Below are positions 16,478 through 25,106 of a stretch of DNA of 41,252 nucleotides, one piece after another. Source of the DNA: Chloroflexota bacterium. GTDB lineage: Bacteria > Chloroflexota > Anaerolineae > Anaerolineales > UBA11858. The translations under genes and the position numbers were made by a program. Position 1 is the stretch's first letter, and every line of letters starts with the position of its first letter. The notes under the pieces are model-generated. The model did not search any database, was not told the DNA's origin, and saw nothing but the letters and a program-made list of their open reading frames with translations. Location: contig QMOK01000002.1 in the NCBI GenBank assembly GCA_003648195.1, positions 1 through 41,252 of the forward strand, given 5' to 3'.

Positions 16478-18043
16478 ATGCCTAATCATCACATTACAGA
16501 CAATTTAGAATCTCTTTTAGAAATTTTGCCCTCGAAAATTACACAAGCCCTTTCTGAAGCGGGCGACAAAGCCGACCTCATTGAAGTTGTTTTAGATTTG
16601 GGGCGTGTCCCTACCGCACGTTTCACGAATTATGAGGCGGAGCTTAGCACAGAAGAAGTCAAACGGGACGAGATTGATTATGTTGTTAAACACATTGGCA
16701 AATTTGACGATGATAATAGGGCAGGGATAGAGAGGACGCTGCACCGCATTGCGGCTATTCGCAATCGCACGGGGGATGTGGTGGGGCTGACGTGCCGCAT
16801 AGGACGGGCGGTTTACGGGACGACAGAGATTATTAGAGATTTGATTGAAAGCGAGAAGAGTTTGCTCTTTCTTGGCCGCCCCGGCGTGGGCAAAACGACT
16901 ATGCTGCGCGAGGCGGCTCGCATTTTAGCCGAGAGCAAACGAGTGGTGATTGTCGATACTTCAAACGAGATTGGCGGAGATGGCGATGTGCCGCATCCTG
17001 CCATTGGCAAGGCGCGGCGGATGCAGGTTGCTGCTCCATCTTTGCAGCACGAGGTGATGATTGAGGCGGTTGAGAACCATAACCCCGAAGTGATTGTAAT
17101 TGATGAGATTGGGCGTGAGTTGGAAGCGCTGGCGGCGCGTACCATTGCCGAGCGCGGGGTGCAATTAATTGGCACAGCGCATGGTAATAACTTAGAGAAC
17201 TTGCTTATTAATCCCACTTTATCTGATCTCATTGGCGGTATTGAGTCGGTGACGCTTTCGGATGAAGAAGCTCGCCGCCGAGGAACACAGAAAACCGTTT
17301 TGGAACGCCGCTCTCATCCCACTTTTCACGTTTTGATAGAAATTCAGACGCGCGACCGTTTAGCTATTCATGAAGATGTGGCTTCGGCGGTAGATTCTGT
17401 GGTGCGGGGCGGGCTGCTGGTGCCAGAAATCCGCTCTCGCGAAGAAAACGGGGAAATCAAAATTCAAAAGTCTCCTGTACCGCCAAAGTTAGCTAAGCCT
17501 CAGCCTTCACATCGGGAAGGCAGACAGCAAAGCGGATACCAAGCTCCTATTTTGCAAAAGGAACAGTCCAGAGCGAATTTACAGAAGATTAATATTTTCT
17601 CTTATGGCATAGCCCGAAACCGCTTAGAGAAAGCAGCCGAGCAATTAAAGGTTCCAATTGAAATCCAAAAGAGAATCCAAGACGCGGATATGGTTGTAAC
17701 TTTGAAACATCATTATCGAGCTAACCCTAAGTCAATTATGACCGCCGAGGAAACGGGGTTGCCCATTTATGTTTTACGGTCTAATACCGCGCAGCGCATG
17801 GAACGTTTTTTGCGGGATATTTTCAATATAGTAGATAAATCTCTCTCTCAGGACGAGGAAATGGCTCTGCAGCAAGCTCAGGGCGCAATTCAAACCGTTC
17901 TTAGCGGCGAGCATTGGGTAGAGCTTCCTCCAGCCAAGGCGCATATTAGACGCTTGCAACATCAGATGGCCCAGCAAGCGAATTTAGCTTCTCATTCGTA
18001 TGGCAAAGACCCCAATAGACGGGTGAGAATTTTGGGGGAGTAG
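16478..18043 (+). CDS. AAA/P-loop ATPase with C-terminal R3H domain (Ycf45 / SpoIIIAA-like)
   Basis: Walker A GRPGVGKTT, Walker B VIVIDEIG, GTAHG. C-terminal R3H-type IRRLQH...SYGKDPNRRVRI. Confidence 0.8.
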   Translation: MPNHHITDNLESLLEILPSKITQALSEAGDKADLIEVVLDLGRVPTARFTNYEAELSTEEVKRDEIDYVVKHIGKFDDDNRAGIERTLHRIAAIRNRTGDVVGLTCRIGRAVYGTTEIIRDLIESEKSLLFLGRPGVGKTTMLREAARILAESKRVVIVDTSNEIGGDGDVPHPAIGKARRMQVAAPSLQHEVMIEAVENHNPEVIVIDEIGRELEALAARTIAERGVQLIGTAHGNNLENLLINPTLSDLIGGIESVTLSDEEARRRGTQKTVLERRSHPTFHVLIEIQTRDRLAIHEDVASAVDSVVRGGLLVPEIRSREENGEIKIQKSPVPPKLAKPQPSHREGRQQSGYQAPILQKEQSRANLQKINIFSYGIARNRLEKAAEQLKVPIEIQKRIQDADMVVTLKHHYRANPKSIMTAEETGLPIYVLRSNTAQRMERFLRDIFNIVDKSLSQDEEMALQQAQGAIQTVLSGEHWVELPPAKAHIRRLQHQMAQQANLASHSYGKDPNRRVRILGE

Positions 18044-18171
18044 GGACTGGGACGAGACAACCACCCGATTACCCAACCATCCGACTACAACTACCAGGTG
18101 CAACACATTTTGAACTGCAAGTGCAGCGCGCCAGGCTATCCAACCACCAAACCACCCAACTGGATTATCCC

Positions 18172-18780
18172 ATGTTTATCACTTTTGAAGGCCCCGAAGG
18201 CAGCGGCAAGACTACACAAATATCCAAACTAGCCAATTTTTTAGAGGAAAAAGGTTACTCTGTTTACAAAACCAGAGAACCTGGGGGAACCGCTATTGGA
18301 GATCAAATTAGGGCTACATTATTAGCGTTGGGGAATACAGAAATGCACCCTCGTACCGAGGCTCTGCTGCTCCAGGCTTCGAGAGCACAATTGGTGGAAG
18401 AAGTTATTTCGGTGCGTTTGGGAAACAATGAAATAGTCCTTTGCGACCGATACGCGGATTCCACGCTCGCTTACCAGGGATACGGGCATCAAAATGATTT
18501 GGAATCCTTGCGAAAAATCATCCATTATGCCACTGGCGGCTTGCAGCCAGATTTAACAATTTTGCTGGACTTGGACGTGGAAGAGGGTTTGAGGCGCAGG
18601 AGCGAAGCAGGGGGCGTCAACAGATTAGACGCCTTTGAACTTGATTTTCACCGCCGCGTCCGAGAGGGTTATCATCAATTAGCCAAAGCTGAGCCGAAAC
18701 GTTGGGTGACTGTTGAAGCCAATAGATCACTTGAGGTTATTCAGCAGGAACTACGGGAGCTTGTGCTTGAAAGGCTTTAA
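18172..18780 (+). CDS. tmk: thymidylate kinase
   Basis: MFITFEGPEGSGKTTQ, REPGGT, DRYADSTLAYQG. Start moved from GTG 18121 to ATG 18172, the canonical N-terminus. Confidence 0.93.
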   Translation: MFITFEGPEGSGKTTQISKLANFLEEKGYSVYKTREPGGTAIGDQIRATLLALGNTEMHPRTEALLLQASRAQLVEEVISVRLGNNEIVLCDRYADSTLAYQGYGHQNDLESLRKIIHYATGGLQPDLTILLDLDVEEGLRRRSEAGGVNRLDAFELDFHRRVREGYHQLAKAEPKRWVTVEANRSLEVIQQELRELVLERL

Positions 18781-18790
18781 ATACGGTATG

Positions 18791-18822
18791 ACAGGGGACG
18801 GGAGACAGGGGACGGGAGACAG
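18791..18822 (+). repeat. 14-nt tandem repeat (acaggggacgggag x2 plus acag) forming a G-quadruplex motif
   Basis: G-tracts at 18794-97, 18800-02, 18808-11 and 18814-16, with loops of 2, 5 and 2 nt. Starts 11 nt after the tmk stop. Confidence 0.6.
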
Positions 18823-18838
18823 AAAACGGAGCAATATA

Positions 18839-18868
18839 AAGAGCCTGACTTTTTTAAATCAGGCTCTT
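18839..18868. terminator. bidirectional terminator hairpin between convergent tmk and the AAC(3)-like gene
   Basis: 10-bp inverted repeat aagagcctga / tcaggctctt around a cttttttaaa loop. Confidence 0.55.
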
Positions 18869-18901
18869 CGCTATTTAATGGCACTTTTTACTCATCACGC
18901 C

Positions 18902-19690
18902 TTACGCTTCACTCCTCACAGCCATGCACCGCGTGCAATTCTCATCGCCACACAACAGCGCAGCGGAGTCTTCTAAAATGAGTTTCCGCGCAATGGGAAT
19001 CAACGCTTGGAGCGGGATAGCCGTAATTGGCGTTGAGCCAAATACTCCCCGTCTAATATAGTCTTCAATGTACGGTGTGATGGCATTGAATCCGCGTGAA
19101 CATCCGGGGATATTGGGACATTCAATAACGCCAGCGGGAGTGAGCGCCCAGCGGGTGAATTGCTTCCGCCCAGCCAATTGCTCGGCGTGGTGAATGCTGA
19201 CATTGGCGGTCTGGTCTATGCCCAAAAGTAAAACCCACCCTCCTTGGTCTACCAAAACCTCAATCGGCGCCAGGGGTTGAGAAAGCGTCTGCGCTTGTAA
19301 GATGTCTTCAACATTAAACCCGGCAAAAGAGAGAATTGGATGATGGGAGCGTCTAGCTTGGGGGCGTTTGCGTGCAACTTCAGCCAACTTTCCCATGGCG
19401 GGGTTAACTGCAAGAGCATGGTCAAAGAATGTTGCCCATTCATTGGATTTAGGCGGGTGCTGGTAGTCAAGGCCATTATTCTCTGGCCCCACTTTCGGGA
19501 TCACCATGGTCTGATAAGTGAACGAAGGCATCAAAATTGAGCGATACGTAGCAGTCAATGCCCCCAAAAGAGTATTCGCTCCACCTTTTATATCGTCAAG
19601 CAGGGTGCGCGAAGTGTGAACAATAACAGGCCGTTGCGCCGGGATTTCGAATTTTTGGAATGTTTTTACTAGCTCACGGTAGTTTGACAT
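18902..19690 (-). CDS. AAC(3)-family (Antibiotic_NAT fold) N-acetyltransferase-like protein
   Basis: 262 aa with the family layout seen by eye (VIVHTS...GGANTLLGAL, SILMPSFTY, HPILSFAGF, GWVLLLGIDQTANVSIHHAE). Has an extra C-terminal CGDENCTRC. Confidence 0.75.
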   Translation of the reverse strand: MSNYRELVKTFQKFEIPAQRPVIVHTSRTLLDDIKGGANTLLGALTATYRSILMPSFTYQTMVIPKVGPENNGLDYQHPPKSNEWATFFDHALAVNPAMGKLAEVARKRPQARRSHHPILSFAGFNVEDILQAQTLSQPLAPIEVLVDQGGWVLLLGIDQTANVSIHHAEQLAGRKQFTRWALTPAGVIECPNIPGCSRGFNAITPYIEDYIRRGVFGSTPITAIPLQALIPIARKLILEDSAALLCGDENCTRCMAVRSEA

Positions 19691-19730
19691 AGTTGGTTAG
19701 TTAATAGTCTAGTGGGTTGTAAGTATATTT

Positions 19731-19761
19731 TGATGTGTTCGTAGTAGGGCACGCGAGTGCC
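19731..19761 (-). repeat. copy A of a hairpin-containing intergenic repeat (partner at 35440-35470, opposite orientation)
   Basis: The reverse complement matches 35440-35470 at 26 of 31 positions, including 15 contiguous nt (actacgaacacatca). Contains hairpin ggcac-gcga-gtgcc. Confidence 0.6.
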
Positions 19762-19863
19762 AGTTTTAGGGGCTGGGTGAACTATCGTTTGCTACTACAA
19801 GTTATCAATTTATGCTTGACACGCTACTAGTAGTCTTTAGGCCAATGGTCACCTAATCTCTAA

Positions 19864-20640
19864 TCATCTACCCTTCCACTCTGCCTTACGCTTCTCTATA
19901 AACGCGCCCATCCCCTCTTTTTGATCCTCAGAAGCAAACAAGAGGTAAAACGAACGCAGTTCATCCTCAAGCCCTTCGGCTAGGAAAGTTTCGAAAGCCT
20001 TGTTGACCGCTTCTTTGCCAAGCTGAACCGCCAGGGGAGCGCGATGAGCAATTTTTTGGGCAAGAGAGAATGCTTTTTCAAAATATTCTTCTATGGGGAG
20101 AACGTAATTTACTAAGCCGTATTCAAGAGCTTCTTGCGCCGTGAGTGTGCGATTATTGAGCACCATCTCCATGGCAATGGCTTTCCCAACCGCCTTCGTC
20201 AGGCGTTGAGTCCCGCCCGCGCCGGGGATGACGCCTAAATTTATTTCAGGCTGCCCAAACTTAGCCGTCTCTGAGGCCACCACCATATCACAAGACATGG
20301 CTAATTCGTTCCCGCCCCCCAGACACCACCCCGAAACAGCGGCGATGATGGGCTTTTTAATCTCTCGAATTTTCGCAAAAGTGGGAATGAAATCGCTTTT
20401 CAGCATGTCTATCACAGAAGCGGTAGACATCTCTTTTATATCCGCGCCAGCCGCGAATGCTTTGTCGCTTCCGGTAATGAGTATAGCCCCAATCTCGTCT
20501 TGAGCGTCAAAAGCGAATAACGCCATCACGGTCTCTTTCATGAGTTGCGGGCTAAGAGCATTAAGAGCCTTTGGGCGATTGAAACGGATGATGCCTACAC
20601 CCTCTTTGGTTTCTACAAGAATGTTCTGATAGTCGGGCAT
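19864..20640 (-). CDS. enoyl-CoA hydratase (crotonase family)
   Basis: 258 aa with ILITGSDKAFAAGADI, AAVSGWCLGGGNELAMSCD, PEINLGVIPGAGGTQRL. AAGGAGA RBS present. Confidence 0.92.
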   Translation of the reverse strand: MPDYQNILVETKEGVGIIRFNRPKALNALSPQLMKETVMALFAFDAQDEIGAILITGSDKAFAAGADIKEMSTASVIDMLKSDFIPTFAKIREIKKPIIAAVSGWCLGGGNELAMSCDMVVASETAKFGQPEINLGVIPGAGGTQRLTKAVGKAIAMEMVLNNRTLTAQEALEYGLVNYVLPIEEYFEKAFSLAQKIAHRAPLAVQLGKEAVNKAFETFLAEGLEDELRSFYLLFASEDQKEGMGAFIEKRKAEWKGR

Positions 20641-20687
20641 GTTTTTCTCCTTTGTGTCCCTTATTTCCTCTATAGCCTCTGCTTCCC

Positions 20688-21350
20688 CTAATTATACAGC
20701 AAAAACTCAGAAATAGGCCGTTCTCCGTTTTTGGCGGCAACCTGTCCGGTGAGTTCTGAACCGCAGTAGCGGATAGCGTGCTTCGCCAGGTCTTCTTGGC
20801 GCATTTCGGTGGGGCAGATGGCGTTAACGCGGATATTATACGCCGCGAACTGCGCCGCGGCTTCGTGCGTTAGCCGCAACAAGGCAAAGGTGCTAACCGT
20901 TAGGGAGGGGTTTCCCGTCTGGGGGATGAGGTTCACCACTCCCCCGCCGTCAGGCTGCTCTTTGGCGACCCGCCCGAAGGCTTGCAAAGCGTAAAACACG
21001 CCAGAAAGGTTCACGTCCAGGGATCGCTGCCAATCCCAATCATCCAAGTCCAAAATTCCGCCTTTGGGATTAACGTATCCCGCATTTATCAAGACGTCAA
21101 TCTTGCCCCAATCTTCAAACACGGTTTCAATGATTCCCTGTACAAAACGCTTTTTAGCCATATCGCTAACATACGTGCGGCACTGCCCCCCTCCGCCGCG
21201 AATGGACGCTTCCAGCTCATCCAGCAATAAGGGAGAAATATCTACAGCGGCGATGATTGCGCCTTCGGCGGACAAGGTTTCGGCCAGCGTTTTTCCCACG
21301 CCGCGCCCCGCTCCGGTGATGAGGATAACTTGTTCGGTGAGTGATTTCAT
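20688..21350 (-). CDS. SDR-fold (short-chain dehydrogenase-like) protein with non-canonical active site
   Basis: TGAGRGVG and INAG cofactor motifs are present. At the positions of the catalytic Ser and YxxxK I read P and FALLR. Start moved to ATG 21350 (MKSLTEQVILITGAG). Confidence 0.8.
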   Translation of the reverse strand: MKSLTEQVILITGAGRGVGKTLAETLSAEGAIIAAVDISPLLLDELEASIRGGGGQCRTYVSDMAKKRFVQGIIETVFEDWGKIDVLINAGYVNPKGGILDLDDWDWQRSLDVNLSGVFYALQAFGRVAKEQPDGGGVVNLIPQTGNPSLTVSTFALLRLTHEAAAQFAAYNIRVNAICPTEMRQEDLAKHAIRYCGSELTGQVAAKNGERPISEFLLYN

Positions 21351-21352
21351 GT

Positions 21353-22084
21353 TTATTCTCCGCTGTCTTTTGGGCAAAGGGGAATTGTGTCTCGATTATC
21401 GGCGGCGTTGAGAGGAAGGCCAAAATAGGGCGTGGGGTCTAAGGTGTTGCGGATTTGCAGCTCGTTGAGGAATTGCCCCTCCCCATCGTCCTTGACAATG
21501 GAAAAGTGGAGGTGTACCCCCACCGGGTGGCCGGGCGTCCCCGAATAATTGCCCTGGTAGCCTAAAAACGTCCCCGCCTCAACGTAAACCTCGGATGTAC
21601 CCGGGGGAAAAGCAGCGTCTATGAAAGAATCTCCGCCGGGGCCAGCCAGATGTGTGTAATACGTCCAAATTTGGCGGTCGGGTTGCAAGGGGTCGCTGGG
21701 GACGCGGATGATGAGGGTTGATTTCCAATCCGCCATGCGGGTTAGGTAGCCTGGGTACACAACATAGACTGGGGTCACGCCGGCCTCGCTTCCGGCGAAG
21801 ATGTCTATTCCCTGGTGTTTGTGGCCGGGGCGGAAAGAATCGCCCCACAGGTAGCCAATGTAGCCCTCGGTGGGGATGAGGAAAGGCGCCTCGCCGCAAC
21901 GCTCTAGGGCAGAGACGGCCCAAGCGGGGTGCTCTTCTGGATGGCGAATCCAGGCAATAACGCGGCGGCTGCGGGCATCTGAGCCGGTGTACCAATGGTA
22001 AAGGTAGTACCCGCCCACGAGGGCAACCACCATTCCCAGCGAAAGGAAAATTTTGAGGACAAGGGGAAAGCGTCTTTTTTTCAT
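21353..22084 (-). CDS. M23-family (LytM-like) zinc metallopeptidase, membrane-anchored
   Basis: HKHQGIDIF (HxxxD) and GVHLHFSI (HxH) motifs. N-terminal TM helix. ATG 22084 with GAGGAAG RBS is preferred over the ORF-track TTG 22099. Confidence 0.85.
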   Translation of the reverse strand: MKKRRFPLVLKIFLSLGMVVALVGGYYLYHWYTGSDARSRRVIAWIRHPEEHPAWAVSALERCGEAPFLIPTEGYIGYLWGDSFRPGHKHQGIDIFAGSEAGVTPVYVVYPGYLTRMADWKSTLIIRVPSDPLQPDRQIWTYYTHLAGPGGDSFIDAAFPPGTSEVYVEAGTFLGYQGNYSGTPGHPVGVHLHFSIVKDDGEGQFLNELQIRNTLDPTPYFGLPLNAADNRDTIPLCPKDSGE

Positions 22085-22095
22085 TTTGCTCTTCC

Positions 22096-22437
22096 TCAAA
22101 CCTCCGAGGGCTTGGAGGGGCGGATATTTTCTAGTTCGTCTTCTTTGTGCTCGGCGGTGAGGATTGTGGCCCGGCCTTGGGTCATTTCGTGGATGAGCTG
22201 CCCGGCCCGCTCTCCGTGGGGGGAGGTCAAGGCTCTGTACAGGGTCTCTTTGCTGGGGAAGAGGAATTCGTAGGCGCGGGTGAACATCTCCCGGCCATAG
22301 ATAATCTCTTGAACATGGGCAACCGATTCGCGAACTAGGCCAGGCATCTGCTCGGCGTGATGGAGGAATTCAGGCCAACTCTCGTCAAGAGCGGTTTCGT
22401 CAACGTTAGGGGGAATTAATATAATGAGTTTGTACAT
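22096..22437 (-). CDS. EthD-family / dimeric alpha-beta-barrel protein
   Basis: 113 aa. MYKLIILIP...PGLVRE...YEFLFPSKETLYRALTSPHGERAG resembles EthD-domain proteins. Confidence 0.65.
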   Translation of the reverse strand: MYKLIILIPPNVDETALDESWPEFLHHAEQMPGLVRESVAHVQEIIYGREMFTRAYEFLFPSKETLYRALTSPHGERAGQLIHEMTQGRATILTAEHKEDELENIRPSKPSEV

Positions 22438-22496
22438 AGATTTAGAAAGTGTGAAACATGCTGGGCTAGGGAGCTAGAAACTACATAACTAGAAAA

Positions 22497-25106
22497 CTAA
22501 TCTTCCCCGTAATAACAATACCTGTTTCCTTCTTGATCTTTAGCGCGGTACATGGCTATATCGGCGTTTTTTACCAAAGTATCTACATCTTCACCATCGT
22601 CAGGGAAAAAGGCCACTCCAATACTTGTGGTGAGATGAATTTTATGGCCATTGAACGTAAATGGCGCATGAATTGTTTCTAAAATTCTCTGGGCAGTCTG
22701 GGCGGCATCTTCCTTGTCATCTATGTCGGGCAATATCACTAAAAATTCATCCCCACCCATGCGGGCAATGGTATCACTCTCACGCAGGGTACTCAGCAGG
22801 CGTTTACTAAGAATTTTGAGCAATTTATCTCCTGTGCTATGCCCTAGGGTGTCGTTAACTAATTTGAAGCCATCCAAGTCAAATAATAACACACCCAATA
22901 GTCGCCGATTACGACTCGCGTGCGCCATCTCTAGCTTCATGCGGTCGTTGAATAGTCTTCGGTTTGGTAGATCGGTAAGAGCGTCGTGGGTAGCCATGTG
23001 TTTAATAGCTTCTGCCATACGTTTACGCTCGGTAATGTCTTCCAAGCTTCCCTGATAGTAGAGAATCTGTCCTTTATCATCTCTAATAACTTGGGCAGTA
23101 TCTTGTACCCAAATAATAGCCCCGTCTCGGCGGCGCATTTGCATTTCAAAGCCTTGAATAGTCTCATTCTCTTCAAGTAATACCTTTTCTCGTTTGCGTT
23201 CTTTAGGCGACACGAATAAATTTGATACTTCGGTTTCGAGTAAAGACTCTCTATTTTGATGACCTAGCATTTTCACTATAGCTGGGTTGGCATCTAAAAA
23301 TTGGCCTTCAGGCGTGGTGAGGTAAAGCCCCACAGGAATATGCTCAAATAAAGTTCGATATTTTTCTTCACTTTCTCGTAGTGCGTTCTCTGCTTTTCTT
23401 CGGACAGTGATATCTCTTACAGTGGCTAGCAGGAATGCTCTTTCATTTAAGTCAACTCTTGTTAGCAATACAGTAGCAGGGAATTCTTCTCCGTTGAGTC
23501 TTTTATGTGTCCATTCAAAGAAATTTGAACCTTCGTTCATAGCCAATTGGAGCATCTCTTTAGCTTTTTCAATAGAGCGGCAACCATCGGGTTGTTTCTC
23601 AGGAGAAATCTCCCAAAATTTGAAAGACGTGAATTTTTCTTCGTCTTTTATATTGAACATTTTTAGGATAGCGGGATTTCCTGAAGTAAACTTCCAGTCT
23701 GGGGGTTCAAGCGTCATAATGGCGTCTTTAGAAGAGGCGAACAACTTCCTGTACCGTTCTTCGCTCTCCCGTAATGCTTGCCCAGCCAATTTACGGGCGG
23801 TGATATCGGTAAATAGGGTTGCAAATTGTCCTTCTTGAGGACAATAAGCGGTCACGGCGTAATGCTTTTTTAGGTCTGGGCTGTAATCTTCGAAATAGGT
23901 TGCTTTGCCAGTAATTGCCACCCATCCAAAACGTTGTATCCAATAAGAGCCTATACCAGGAATAACTTCAAGCACGGTTCGCCCAATTAAATCTTCAGCT
24001 TTTATGTTGACCAATTGCTCAAAACGAGAGTTCACTTCTAAGAAGCGGTAGTCGCATGGTTTGGCGTTTTCGTCTAATATGACCTCGTGCACAGCAAAGG
24101 CGGAGGTCATGGATTGAAAAAGTTTTTGATAGCGGTGTTCGCTTCTTCTCAGTGATTCTTCTATTTGTTTTCGTTCGGCAATTTCTTGTTGGGCTTGCTC
24201 GTATAGCCGGGCATTGTGAATGGCTATGGTGGCTTGATCGCCTAAAAACTGCAGGATGCGCAATTCGTTTTCTGAAAATGTGTGCGGGCGATTAAAGGCG
24301 ATGTTCATCACGCCTTGCACTTCATCGCCAATTTTCAGCGGCAGGCCCAGGATTGCTCCGTTCCAATGTTGATCTTCAAATAGTGGATGTGAGGCCATAT
24401 CGTTAACGACAATACGCTCTCCGCTTTGGGCAACATTGTAAGTTATGCCATTTTGTCTAATAGCGACATAAGGTTTTTCTTGTAGCTGGCTATCAAAGAG
24501 AGCGGATCCAAACTTTAGATGTTTTCCATCGTAAAGGAAAATATGCGCGTCATTGGCCGAGGTGAGTGAAAGTGCGTTTTGAAGTACTTCTTCTAGCACC
24601 GGTTGCAGCTCTAAAGTAGCGGTGAGATGTAAACTAGCCTGGTATGCGGCTTGGAATTCGGCGTGGCGCTTTTGGACTTCTTGGCGAGCTTCTTGAAGCT
24701 CCTTTTTGATTTCTGCTAGCATAATGGCGTTGGCTAGTGTATGCGCCAGAAGAGGGGCACTGACCTCTTTTTGAAAAAGCACTTCCTTCGCCCCTGCTGA
24801 AAACGCCAATCGGCGTTGCGTTGGGTCTTCCTGGCAAATCACTATGACCGGAATGTGTGGGGAATGCGCCTGAATGTTCGCCAGTGCCTCTTCTATTTGT
24901 TCTTTTTGCGAGTCAAGTTCTAACAAGATGACGTCAATTTTTTTGGCATCTAAATATACTAGCCCTTCCCGAAGGTTTTTAACGTGCGTCATTTTTAAAT
25001 CGGGAATATCTTTCCCAATTGGTCTCGTTTTGGCTAGAATTTTTTCAATTGGCAGCGCAACTTTGTAGTTATCTTCTGCCAGTAGAATATGGAGGGCTTC
25101 TTTCAT
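22497..25106 (-). CDS. REC-GAF-PAS-PAS-PAS-GGDEF diguanylate cyclase
   Basis: 869 aa with an N-terminal receiver-like domain, a GAF domain, and three PAS blocks. Intact GGDEF (ARMGGDEF) with I-site RESD 5 residues upstream. GGAGG RBS present. The start overlaps the upstream stop (ATGA). Confidence 0.9.
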   Translation of the reverse strand: MKEALHILLAEDNYKVALPIEKILAKTRPIGKDIPDLKMTHVKNLREGLVYLDAKKIDVILLELDSQKEQIEEALANIQAHSPHIPVIVICQEDPTQRRLAFSAGAKEVLFQKEVSAPLLAHTLANAIMLAEIKKELQEARQEVQKRHAEFQAAYQASLHLTATLELQPVLEEVLQNALSLTSANDAHIFLYDGKHLKFGSALFDSQLQEKPYVAIRQNGITYNVAQSGERIVVNDMASHPLFEDQHWNGAILGLPLKIGDEVQGVMNIAFNRPHTFSENELRILQFLGDQATIAIHNARLYEQAQQEIAERKQIEESLRRSEHRYQKLFQSMTSAFAVHEVILDENAKPCDYRFLEVNSRFEQLVNIKAEDLIGRTVLEVIPGIGSYWIQRFGWVAITGKATYFEDYSPDLKKHYAVTAYCPQEGQFATLFTDITARKLAGQALRESEERYRKLFASSKDAIMTLEPPDWKFTSGNPAILKMFNIKDEEKFTSFKFWEISPEKQPDGCRSIEKAKEMLQLAMNEGSNFFEWTHKRLNGEEFPATVLLTRVDLNERAFLLATVRDITVRRKAENALRESEEKYRTLFEHIPVGLYLTTPEGQFLDANPAIVKMLGHQNRESLLETEVSNLFVSPKERKREKVLLEENETIQGFEMQMRRRDGAIIWVQDTAQVIRDDKGQILYYQGSLEDITERKRMAEAIKHMATHDALTDLPNRRLFNDRMKLEMAHASRNRRLLGVLLFDLDGFKLVNDTLGHSTGDKLLKILSKRLLSTLRESDTIARMGGDEFLVILPDIDDKEDAAQTAQRILETIHAPFTFNGHKIHLTTSIGVAFFPDDGEDVDTLVKNADIAMYRAKDQEGNRYCYYGED

